In this document: positions 50,001 to 60,600 of the stretch, piece by piece
Position numbering within the stretch: the first letter of the stretch is position 1
Layout: every line of letters begins with the position of its first letter
Assembly (NCBI GenBank): GCA_964035545.1
Contig: OZ037766.1
Location: 1,302,001 to 1,366,000, forward strand
Reading direction: 5' to 3'
DNA from: Bugula neritina
Lineage: Eukaryota; Animalia; Bryozoa
Length of the DNA stretch: 64,000 nucleotides
Notes under the pieces: model-generated
What the model saw: only the letters and a program-made list of their open reading frames with translations
What the model was told of the DNA's origin: nothing
Database searches by the model: none
Made by a program: the position numbers and the translations under genes

Positions 50001-50975
50001 CTACTGCTGCTATTATTACCCTGAACAACGCAACAGCCACTGCTATGAGAAGTCAAAACATGACTGCAGATCACGTGACTCACCGTTGCTAGAGGCAGCG
50101 GCTGGCAGCACATGGCCGCCGCTGACGAACCCAGGAACTGTTGATCTGGGCAACTCATTCGTACCAGAGGCTCCTGGGTCCTCATCCATCGACTCTATTT
50201 CAGCCATGAAATCTCTCAACTTGGCGTCAGCGTCAGCCACCTTCTCATCCATACTCGCTAGTAGAGCTGCACCACTCTGGTTTCTGAACCCAAAGCCTGG
50301 CCCGCAGAAAATACATTACTCAGGAGAAATACATAGTAGCGCTACATTCAGCCTCAGCATCTCAAGAAACCAATGTACAAGCTGCGCATAAAATGAAGAT
50401 TTTACAGCTTAAATAAACATTTAAAACTTAAAAAAAATTCAACAAGTCTCGATGCAAGTAATCATGGCTTTTCAAAACTAAAAGTTGAGAATATGATAAC
50501 ATCTCCAAAATGTAAAATTGACAAAATTTAGGTTGAGGCTGGACTTTGCTTTTTACGAGTAGTCAAGCACCTAATGAATAGAGTTTTAGGAAGTAAGAAA
50601 TCTTAGCTACTACTCAATTGGTTGAATAATTAGTTAACTGTATTGATTAATAAACATAGATTCAAAGTAAATATTAGCAATCGGCTAGAAACTAGCTAAA
50701 AATGAAGGAATAATACATTCTTTCTTATGATATAAAACAAGGACAACAGTGTGGTAATTAACGTGTGTCTAATTAATGTGAACACCTTTGGAGACACACA
50801 TATATGTTTAAAACAGTGCGATAGTTTTGGCTTGTAGTCCTCTAGCTAAATTCTCACCAGAGCGGTCTGTTTGATATCCAGCCTGCTGCACCCAGTCCCA
50901 TGATGACGTAGATTGGTCAGCGTTTACGTTATGCCCCCCTTGAGTATTGTACCAATTATTTTGGTTATTGTACAT
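44756..50975 (-). CDS. FNBP4: Formin-binding protein 4-like (two WW domains, Lys/Ser-rich and Pro-rich low-complexity regions), ~1270 aa, 8 coding exons
   Basis: Exons (minus) 50975-50858, 50296-50084, 49848-49712, 49603-49429, 49215-48652, 47922-47533, 47409-47188, 46755-44756 (3819 nt, phases consistent). WW1 WQHLMDEKTSHFYYWNTETNEVTWTIP (human WQEVWDENTGCYYYWNTQTNEVTWELP); TRLDDWQAGGLSKQYLIEKL followed by WW2 APAGWRCNWSRKEKQYYYIHEISEDISWTYP; C-terminal KMPSALVQKWQKVQ. The first coding exon is less certain. Confidence 0.85.
46788..47177. repeat. (ACT)n/(AGT)n trinucleotide tract filling FNBP4-like intron 46756-47187
   Basis: ACT/GCT/ACC triplet run; GTGAGT donor at 47187 and CAG acceptor at 46756 flank it. 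Confidence 0.92.
48003..48535. repeat. 19/21-bp CT-rich minisatellite CTACACTCTCCACATCTCT(CT), ~25 copies, FNBP4-like intron
   Basis: Visible tandem units; source of several spurious ORFs. Confidence 0.93.
48771..49016 (-). repeat. Coding 24-bp tandem repeat (10 units) encoding (G/R)ASTLPPG in FNBP4-like exon 5
   Basis: Unit CCTGGTGGCAGAGTACTAGCTCCC on the + strand; lies inside the open exon 49215-48652. Confidence 0.9.
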
Positions 50976-53210
50976 AGTTTTTCAAGTGAGCTGAAAAAAT
51001 ACATTATCTATTTAGCATAACTAATGAATGACACAAATAAAAATTTATAATTAAAAACTACTACAGAAAAAATATCCTTTTTTGGATAAATCTAATTTGA
51101 GCAAAATCAGATAGCCATTAAATTTGATGCTGCAATTGTGAATTATTAAGCGTCTGATTCCAAAACACAATTATTACTTCAAGCAGGTTGTTACCCTTCT
51201 TAGTGCAAATGAGTAGTTGACTTACTTGTTGTCATAGTGCTGATGAGTGTTTATTATGATTGTTACTCTCTTCATGCATTTGAAAACTCATATTAAATCT
51301 AACCAAAAGTTTTCATAATGATCATCATTAAACCATTGTAAACTTAGCTATATTTATAGTACAACTATAACTATAATATTTATTTATGTGTTGACTTTAG
51401 CAATGCATGGCAGCCTAATAATGGTATTACTAATTTATTATGTTCCTTTAAATAAAAATACAATCAAACAAACTGAAACAGTAATGCTACAACTAGATTG
51501 TCAATTCACTCAAGTAGATATAACAATTGTTTTAAACGTGCCATTTACACAAATAAATTAAAAATAAATTTGTTCCAACTTTAAAAACACAAACTGTACA
51601 GGTGCAAGAAATTAAAATAGATGCTAAATGTAATTAACTCACAGATCTACAACATTGTATAAGAGTATGTTGAATTCAACTCAGTTTTGTTTTTATTTAC
51701 AATTTTATGATAATTTTAAACAATAAATTCAACTAAAACTTTGTAAGAATTCCATTTCACAGTTGCTGTTGGAGTTTGTGTACAATTTTAAACTAAAAGT
51801 AAAGGAATTGGAAAACTTGATGCCCATAGCCTACTCATAGCTATACTGAGTTACTTTGTTCCTCGTAACAACAGTATCAGTATGACTATGAGTATAGGCA
51901 TATCTAATTCTATAGCCCAAAAATAACTATAACATAAGATCATATTCATAATGTAAATTTAACAGTGTTACTAATTAGTAATCATATTTAAGTTTATAAT
52001 CAATCATGAATCGATTACCTGAATGAGTAAGTGTAAAGATTATGATACCCATAACTTAAAAACTTACTGATATTGATAATCATGATGAAATATAAATATT
52101 AAACTGAATAAATAATTTTAGTTTTTAAATAGTATTTTTATTTATAATAATATTAATATGAATATTTATATTAAATATTCAGTTATAAAGAGAATGATTC
52201 AAGAACAATGAGCATGACTGATTCAAAATCAACATTCAATGACCATGACTGCATGAGTGACTGTGAGAATAAAATTAACTTTTATAATTATGTGTCTGTG
52301 ATGTTCATGTTCAGCAATTATCAACTTCATGTGATCATTCAAATTTCAATTTCACGTTGACTAATAGTAATTATTAATTACTATTACTATTAGTATTACT
52401 ATTACTATTAGTAATTACTAGAATTACTAGAAATAGAATTATAATATTAATTGAATTTCTAACTTCTTATTCTATTCTATTTTCATCGCGTATCAAATAG
52501 GAAACAGTTGAGGTTGATACTCTCTATGGCCATCCGTATGTGATAATTTACAGATGTATGTTTTAGAATGTCAAGTGGAAGATTGTTGAAATCAATTTTG
52601 TTGAACAAACGTGACTCCATCTTTGACAATATTTTAGTGCAGCGTACCACTCTAGCATTGTTTTTATATCGCAAGCATATGATAAACGTAAGCTAAATTG
52701 AGGTGCTGCCGCCTAGACTATTTTAAGATACATTGACCCTTGCAGGGAGAAACGCCTAACTTTAGAATATTCTGCCGGGACCTAACCAATAATCGCCGCA
52801 ATACACTCAATGTGGAAGTTGTTAGTTTTTCAGGTTTCAATTGCATTTAGTTAGTGAATGTAATAATGATAATAACAATTATTATTATCCTAATACTTAT
52901 ACTAATAGTAATAGTAATAGTAATACTAATAGTAATAGTAATAGTTATAGTGACCGTTCGTACTTATTGATAGCTGATGGTTTTTGCTGTCAGTTATAGT
53001 TAAATAAATACAAAAAAAATTAAATTTCACCGTTCTTTAAATTATTTAATTAAGGCATTATTTTCCATAACCATAGGCATAAGTCTAAGATGATAAATAT
53101 TAATATAAGTTAAAACTAAAGTTACTAATACTAATAGTAATACTAATAGTAGTAGTAATACTCATACTGCAATAGACATAGTAATACATATACTCATACT
53201 AATACTAATA

Positions 53211-53861
53211 TTGGAATTACAGGGGACACTTGATAAAATACAGGTACAATATAATGATATGTGCAAGAATCAAAAAGTATTTGAAACAAAATTTACTGTT
53301 CTGGCTGATAAGTTTAAGAAAGTCTCTGACAATAACCAAACACTAGGCAAGTCATATGCAGCTGTTACAAAGACCTTGGAACAAAATGTTATAAAAGTCC
53401 AGAAAAGCTTTGAGAAACAGACTGACTCTCTAGTTTCTAAAATAGAGAGTAGAGAAAGAAGGGAAAAGGACTCTGAATTAAGATCTAGAAATATAGTTAT
53501 TTTTGGAATAAAAGAGTGTGACAATAGGGAGGAATGGGTCCAGCAAGTGGACAATATTATAAAGGAATGCCATGTTGACTTAAGTTTAGATAAAAGTAAT
53601 ATTTATAGGCTAGGTAGGTACGATGCTACAAAGCATACAGAGCGACCTCGATTAAGCACCAAGTCAGAAAGTCAAATGTGGGACCTGCTAAATCGAATTA
53701 ATGGGTTGAAAATGCCAGGTGTTTCTGCTAGAAAAGACCTCACTAAGGAAGAACAGGAGGAGTATTTTCGGCTCAGGAAAGAGTTGAAGGAAAGGAGAAA
53801 TGTAGATCCGAATTCCAAATACAAAATCAAAAAGGGGAAAATAGTAAAAGTGACCAATTGA
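53211..53861 (+). pseudogene. LINE ORF1 (N-terminally truncated; coiled coil plus RRM-like and basic C-terminal region)
   Basis: No ATG; motifs RSRNIVIFGIKE, IYRLGR, RP and KDLTKEEQEE...LRKELKERR are typical of LINE ORF1 proteins. Confidence 0.8.
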
Positions 53862-56598
53862 TGGTACCAACAAAAATATTACTGCTAAATGCTAGATCAG
53901 TAAGAGGCAAAATAAACGAAATACAAGTTCTATCCTCTGAATGTGACATTCTTTGTATCACGGAGACCCATCTTGATCCCTCGTACAAAAATGATATGAT
54001 ATTAGACTCTTCACATAAACACATTTACAGGGTAGACCGAGATTGTCATGGAGGAGGAGTTTTGTTGGCTTTATCGCCCAATTTATCCCAAGAACAAATA
54101 TTTTTTGAAAAATCTTTTTTTCCAATTGAGGTTGTTTGTGTCAGTCAAGTGTTCTAGGAATGGGGATGAATTTTTTGTGTTGTGTTTGTATATTCCACCT
54201 AAACTAACAAGGCAAGCTCTTGAACCACTTGATGATCTACTCAGCTTGATGAGCTCAAATTTTCCAGGATCCAAATTAATAGTAGTAGGAGATTTTAATT
54301 TTCCAGACATTGACTGGAAAGATCTACAGGTGCGTGCATGCTTAAATCAAAAGGCTCTACATAGGAGTTTTTTAAATTGTCTTTTATCCCATGACTTGAG
54401 TCAAATTATAACTGAGCCTACTCACCATCTAGGGAATACTCTTGATCTAGTTGTGACAAATAAGCAAAACTTGGTATCAGATTGTAGTGTGATACGCCCT
54501 GGAATCAGCGATCACTTTTTGATTGAAATCAGTGTGGTGGCAAATTTTAAACACTCACAACCAAACACATATTATCATGTTATACAAGAAGGCTAATTTT
54601 GATGCCATTAGTGCACTCTTAGAGGAAGCTATGGCAAAAATAGAAAATTCAATTAATAACAGAGAGAGCATTAACACTGTATGGGAAATCATAGAAACTG
54701 CTCTCAAGATAGCTGTCAATAAGTTTGTTCCTAAATGTCAGCTTAAAAATCGTAATATTACGGAACCCATATGGTTTAACAATACAGCCAGGCGTATGGT
54801 CAGACAACAACGTAAACTTTATAATAAAAGTAAGAAAACTAGCTCTGATGAAGACCAGAATAAGTATAAATTAGCTAGGCGTAATAACAAAAAAATCTTT
54901 CGCAAGATGGAACAAGAGCATTACAATAGAGTGTTATTTGAGTCATTAGCAAGGGGTGACAGCAAACCATTTTACCCGTTCTATAAAAGAAAGTCTGGAA
55001 ACTACTCTCAAGGATCCATAGTTTTTAAAAATAAATCACTTTTTGAAACATCTGAGATCTTTAATGAATACTTTCAAAGCGTTTTTTCGAAAAGTGACTC
55101 TTACTCTATAGCTCTTGAGACCACTGAAAGTTGCCCCATAAAAGTTACAAGTGATGGGGTTCTTAGATTGTTGAAAGAGCTCAAAAATGGGAAAGCTCCT
55201 GGCCCAGATATGTTAAGAAAAGAAGACCTTTGTTTGAATTTGGAGATTACCAGTAACATTCTGTCTAAACTATTCCAATACTCACTAGATATTGGGCAAC
55301 TGCCTGACATATGGAAAGTGGCTAATGTGGTACCTATTCATTAAAAAGGTAATCGGGAAGATCCAGGAAACTTTAGACCAGTGTCACTGACCTGCATTTC
55401 ATGTAAAATGCTAGAACACATTGTGCTTAGCAATATTCAAAAAGATCTCGAAAAAATTATAAAACCTAATCAACATGGGTTTAGAAGAGGGCTGTCATGC
55501 ACTACTCAATTAGTGACTACTGTAAATGAAATTATGAAACTAGTAGATGACAATAATGTGGTTCACGCAGCAATATTGGATTTTTCTAAGGCTTTCGACA
55601 GGGTGTCTCACGGTCTGTTGGTTGAGAAGTTGTTGAGGTCGGGGATTGACCCGGGCATAGTTCGATGGATCAAGGATTTTTTGTCCAATAGATTACAAAG
55701 AGTGGTTATAGAAGGAATCGCTTCCAATGATTTGGCTGTTTCTTCAGGAGTGCCACAGGGTTCTGTGCTTGGGCCGTCCATGTTTTTGGTCTACATCAAT
55801 GACATATCAGACATTCTCCAGTCATCCTCGATTAAACTTTTTGCAGATGATGCGTTACTTTATCGCCCAGTTAATACTCTAGAAAATTCAGTTAAATTTC
55901 AAAAGGATTTGGCTTCACTTGAACAATGGGCTTCTCAGTGGAAAATGTCTTTTAATACTGAGAAATGTCAGATTGTTCGGTTTGCTAGGCAGGATTGCGA
56001 CAATTATAGTCCTGAATATTTTCTAAACAACATACCACTAGCCTTAGTGAAGAGTTTTAAATACCTTGGTGTCTTTATTTCAAATAACTTTAGTTGGAAT
56101 TTGCACATAGAGACACTAACAGCTAGGGCTAGCCAAAGATTGGGTATGATTGAACACGTGCTCTTTGATGCCCCGCGGAGGGTGAAGCGGGTTGCCTACC
56201 TCACTTTGTGTAGGCCACTGCTGGAATATGCGTGTGAGGTCTGGGACCCCCATCTGGCAAGACAGGTTTCATTGCTAGAGGGCGTCCAGAGAAAGGCAAT
56301 TAGATTTATTTTAGGCATTAAGGGCAGAAATAGCGTTACTGAAGGGAGAATTTCTCTAGAGATGGAACTTCTGGAATTGAGGCGCAGAAATACCAGAATG
56401 TCCCTGATGCTAAAGTTTTTATCAGGCAGCAGCCACACTTCTTTTATTGAGAGTTTTAATCAAATACAAAATAACATTCATAGTTACCAGACTCGTTCAG
56501 TTTTAAGGGGTGCTCCATTGGCTGTGTGTGCAAACACTAGTTTTTACTTACATAGTTTTTTACCTAGAACATCGCGCGATCTACGCGGCCTACCGTAA
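53861..56598 (+). pseudogene. LINE ORF2: APE endonuclease plus reverse transcriptase, disrupted
   Basis: EN motifs LNARS, ITETHL, DR..HGGGV, GDFN, LDL and SDH; RT motifs KAPGPD, QHGFR, LDFSKAFDRV, GVPQGSVLGP, FADD and KYLG. Lesions: 4-bp GTCA duplication frameshift at 54140-54147, second frameshift near 54560-54580, and nonsense TAA at 55342-55344. Confidence 0.93.
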
Positions 56599-56969
56599 AA
56601 TTCAAGTCTTGTTTACGATATGGCGATCTTCTTTTGCCCGGCATCGGGATCTAAAGGTTCTTGAGTTACCTAGACCTAGTAATACTAAAACTAATACTAA
56701 TACTTGCTTTTAGTTTTAGTCGTAGTTTTACTCTTGTTCTTAGAGTTATTGTTAAACTTAATCATAATCAATAATCATGATCATTTATAATCATAATGAT
56801 AATGAAATTAAACAATAAATTTTATCTTCAAATTTATAATTATCTTGATGATAATCTATAATTATAATATTGATATTAATAATTATTATTATCATTAAAT
56901 ATGGTGTTAATTACTAATATTAATTAGTATTATTAATATTATTACTTATTAGTAACTCAGTAACTGTTA

Positions 56970-57312
56970 GTCTAGGGCCACACTGTGCGTATTTTCGCAT
57001 GCGAAAATTAAAATCACGAGTAGCAAAGGTGTCCACTGTAGCGTCAGTGATGCGTGATAAATAAAGCTTTCATTTTTAAATCGCACTCGCTTTCAATAAA
57101 ACGCAATTTACTGGAATATAGCACTAAATAAAGAAATTGGGCTCGCTGAATAGCTACCAGCCAATTAGGTGACGACGACAGAGACGATTCGCACTTGCGT
57201 TGAAAATGCAGAGCGACAAGTGCGAAGGTTTTCTCAACGCGCACAGTGGACACCTTTGCTACTTGTGATTTCAATTTTCGCATGCGAAAATACGCACCGT
57301 GTGGCCCTAGGC
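56970..57312. mobile_element. PIF/Harbinger-type MITE, copy 2, 343 bp, upstream of the NDST coding start
   Basis: Same TIRs as copy 1; TTA target duplication (56967-56969, 57313-57315); core is the reverse complement of the copy 1 core. Confidence 0.88.
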
Positions 57313-57692
57313 TTACTGTAAGACTAAGTATCAAATTGACTCAGATTAATAGTATTACTAATAGTTAGTAATACTAATAGTATTTTAAATTGAAATATCG
57401 CGTTAACATTAACTTTAAGTCAAGCATAGCTAACTTTCAGAAATTGTGTTGCATACTTGGATAATTTAAATTGAATACTGGTCAAAATACCTGTTTAATT
57501 ATATGCATTGAATAAGTTTTAGCTGAAATCCAATGCTCTTTGTATATAACTTTGATTTGTGGTAAAATTTATCAATGCCACAATTGAGGCCTTAGCTTAA
57601 ACATATTATTCTATTATTGTGTACCCAGTAGAAATAGCCGAATACTCTCATTTACCTGTTATTTCATGTTTGCTCTTCCTTGTTTTTAGATT

Positions 57693-60600
57693 ATGAGGAT
57701 TGTCGTAGCATACTTGCAATGGTGCATAAAAAGAGGCTTCTACATTTACTGTGTCTTAGGACTAGTTTCCATGACTTGGTTATTTTACAAGAACGTTACG
57801 TCGCCCGGTGCTGCCGGAAGACAGCATCCTAGGTCTACCAGACAGTACACTCATTTCCATGTAGAAACAGAGTCATCAAAACCAAGTTTTACTAATAAAG
57901 ATATAATACCAACATTTATATCAATAAAAGAGCCTCAAGATATTAAAAAGTTTCTGGTTCAAAACAAAGCTTTACTGATATTAGATGACAAAAGACAAGG
58001 TACTTCTATACTCATTGCAATATCACAATCCAGATGGAAGTCTAAAATCGTCTACTTCAAACAAATCACTGATCTGACTTTAACACAAGATGACCACACT
58101 GGATTATATTCGGTTATTGTGTTTGAGGATTTGAGAATTTACTTGTCACTCTCAAAAGAAACTCGGGGTCATATTGACTCTTATTGTAGAAGGTTTCATG
58201 TCGGTGTTATATATTTTATGCACCCTCAAAGGGTGCAAACTCTATCTGAAATACAACTACTAGATTTCCCTCTCAGTGTGAGTACGTATGAGAACATAGC
58301 AACTTACACTGTGAGTCATTCGTCTGTGGCCGACATTGTCAGAACTAACGTCTCACATGATGTGAAAGCGGTTAGCAGTTGGATCGTTTTTCATTCTAAT
58401 GACAGCACGTATGAAACAATATCATATGGTGAAACAGGGGAAAAATCTAGCGGCAAGCTTCAGTTAGCTATTTTAGATACTGGAAAACATGATGGCATTT
58501 CTAGAATTTTCTTTGGGCAAGCTCATCAGTTGTGGATTCATAAGATCCTATTTTTGGACGCCTTATCACATCTAACTGACCATAAAATGAAAATGGATAA
58601 AAATAAATATATTCAGATTGACATTGATGACATGTTTTTGGGAAAGAACGGCACTAAAATGAAATCCGGAGATGCAAAGGTAGCCCATCATATATTTGTA
58701 GTGAAACTGTCTTGGTGTGAGTCGGTTGCTCTTGGTGACACAATCTCTAAAGTTACTTTGTTACTTCTTTTGTCAAACTGATGAGATATATATTTGTTTG
58801 TATTTCAAGTTACTATAGGAAACTGCAGATACTTGGAAGTTGTTTCATAACTAGTGCAGTGAAACTTTATGACACATTTTGTGACTAGTTACAGCAATGC
58901 ATACCTAGTTACATGTTTTCTCACTTGTATGACGAGATAATGTTTGTGTAGGCATTGAAAGAGGCACAGGAAATGTGGCGGGAGAAGTATGTCCCGGGGT
59001 TCAGCTTTTATATCGGATTCTCAGGGAGATCTTACAAGAAGGGGCTGCCAGAGGAACAAGAAGGAGACATGGAGATGATTAGTGAGATAATATGTTGTAA
59101 AACAAGCATTACATGCTGATGACTTGGCTAATGGCTGTTCAGTTTATTAATATTTCTTACTTGCTAGTGTTGAGCAGTTTTAGGTCTACTGCTTTTCATT
59201 GAGGGTTAGATAGAACAACACCTTGGCCAGGTATGGCATGCTGACTATTAATAATGCAATGCCTATTTTTTAACAACAAGTTATAAAAGTATATAGTTTA
59301 TGATGAGATGAAATAAACCAAGTTCTGGTGGTGGGTTGAACCCTTACAGCCTTCACTTGACATTCCCTTCTTTGATTAACTGGTCAAGTGTTTGCTGTGA
59401 TGATCATATAAACTAGTCTAATAATAAATCACTCATCTCAGTGAGTAACTTATATTCATAGAGTTGTCCCCTCACTTCAAATGGTTTGACCACACCTTCT
59501 CTCATATTCAAGTTCACAAGTTTGATGATCCAGCTGAAGTTATCCATCAAATGCAGCTCTCCAAGCAGTTTGCAGAGGTAAATGGCTCACTCAATAGATT
59601 TAGAATTTGTGAAATACTTATCTTCCGGAAAATTCATCAATTAACTGACATCAGAACTGTATAAAATTTATTTTGTATACGTCTTGTGTTTACGTCTGCA
59701 TTTACTTTCATATAAGTGTTTTCATGAATACAATTTGTAAAAACTTTGTTGCTGATCTGATGTAGTATAACTGTTACCTAGGAACATGGGATTCAAATAG
59801 CAAAGGCGTACGCTGTAGCGCCACACCATTCCGGCGTCTACCCAACTGATGATATTCTATACAATGCTTGGAAAACTGTTTGGAATATTACCGTGACTTC
59901 TACAGAAGAATATCCTCATTTAAAGCCATTTCACTTACATAGAGGTTTTATATATAAAGGAATCAAGGTATAGTGTATATATTATATATTCTAGTGTATA
60001 TATTGCATATTCTAGTGTATATTTCTATTGAACGTATATACTTTCTTTACAATGCTATTGAATAACATTTCCCTTTTTTAGTATTTCTGCTTTTCTGTAG
60101 TATTTCCAGAGTGTAAATGTGGAACCTCAGTTATAATCAAGTTTATATTACTCACCAAAATGGCAGAATTTTCTCAGCCATCTGTTTACAATCACCTGCT
60201 GTCACTTGTCATCAGGTGCTGCCCCGTGAGGTGTGTGGTCTCTACACAACTAACCTGTATTACAAGAGTTACCCAAGGGGACCAGCTGCCCTCGAGTATA
60301 ACATCCTGGGTGGTCCTCTCTTCGAGTCTGTCCTTTACAACTATGTAAGTGTTTGCTCTTACTCGTACGGTCTAACCATGACCTAGAAATAGAATACACA
60401 GCACCTTACTTTGTTATATAGGCTAAGGTTGGGAGGTTTTGATACTGAATTATATGCTGCTATTTTATTATGGCTACTAAAATTTTATTACTTTTTGCAT
60501 CGACATTTACAAAATGTTGTTTAATTCTATTTCAACAGCTAAAAATGTTAAAATTCGCCGAATAATGCCTTCACTATATTGTATTGCAATGCAATTTTCA

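Larger units (their letters stand above)
53209..56679 (+). mobile_element. Non-LTR retrotransposon (CR1/L2-like LINE), 5'-truncated, inactive
   Basis: Partial ORF1 plus EN-RT ORF2; short 3' UTR with CCCG-GCAT-CGGG stem-loop (56637-56648) and (ACCTAG)2 tail; candidate TSD TAATACTAA at 53200-53208 and 56680-56688. Confidence 0.93.

Noticed and set aside
52483-52674. 63-aa minus-strand ORF with a faint F-box-like FNNLPLDILKH segment
   Set aside because: Short, non-ATG start, and the similarity does not extend; better explained as promoter or UTR sequence.
57044-57334. ORFs overlapping the MITE copies (also 23732-23917)
   Set aside because: No transposase motifs; chance ORFs in a non-autonomous element.
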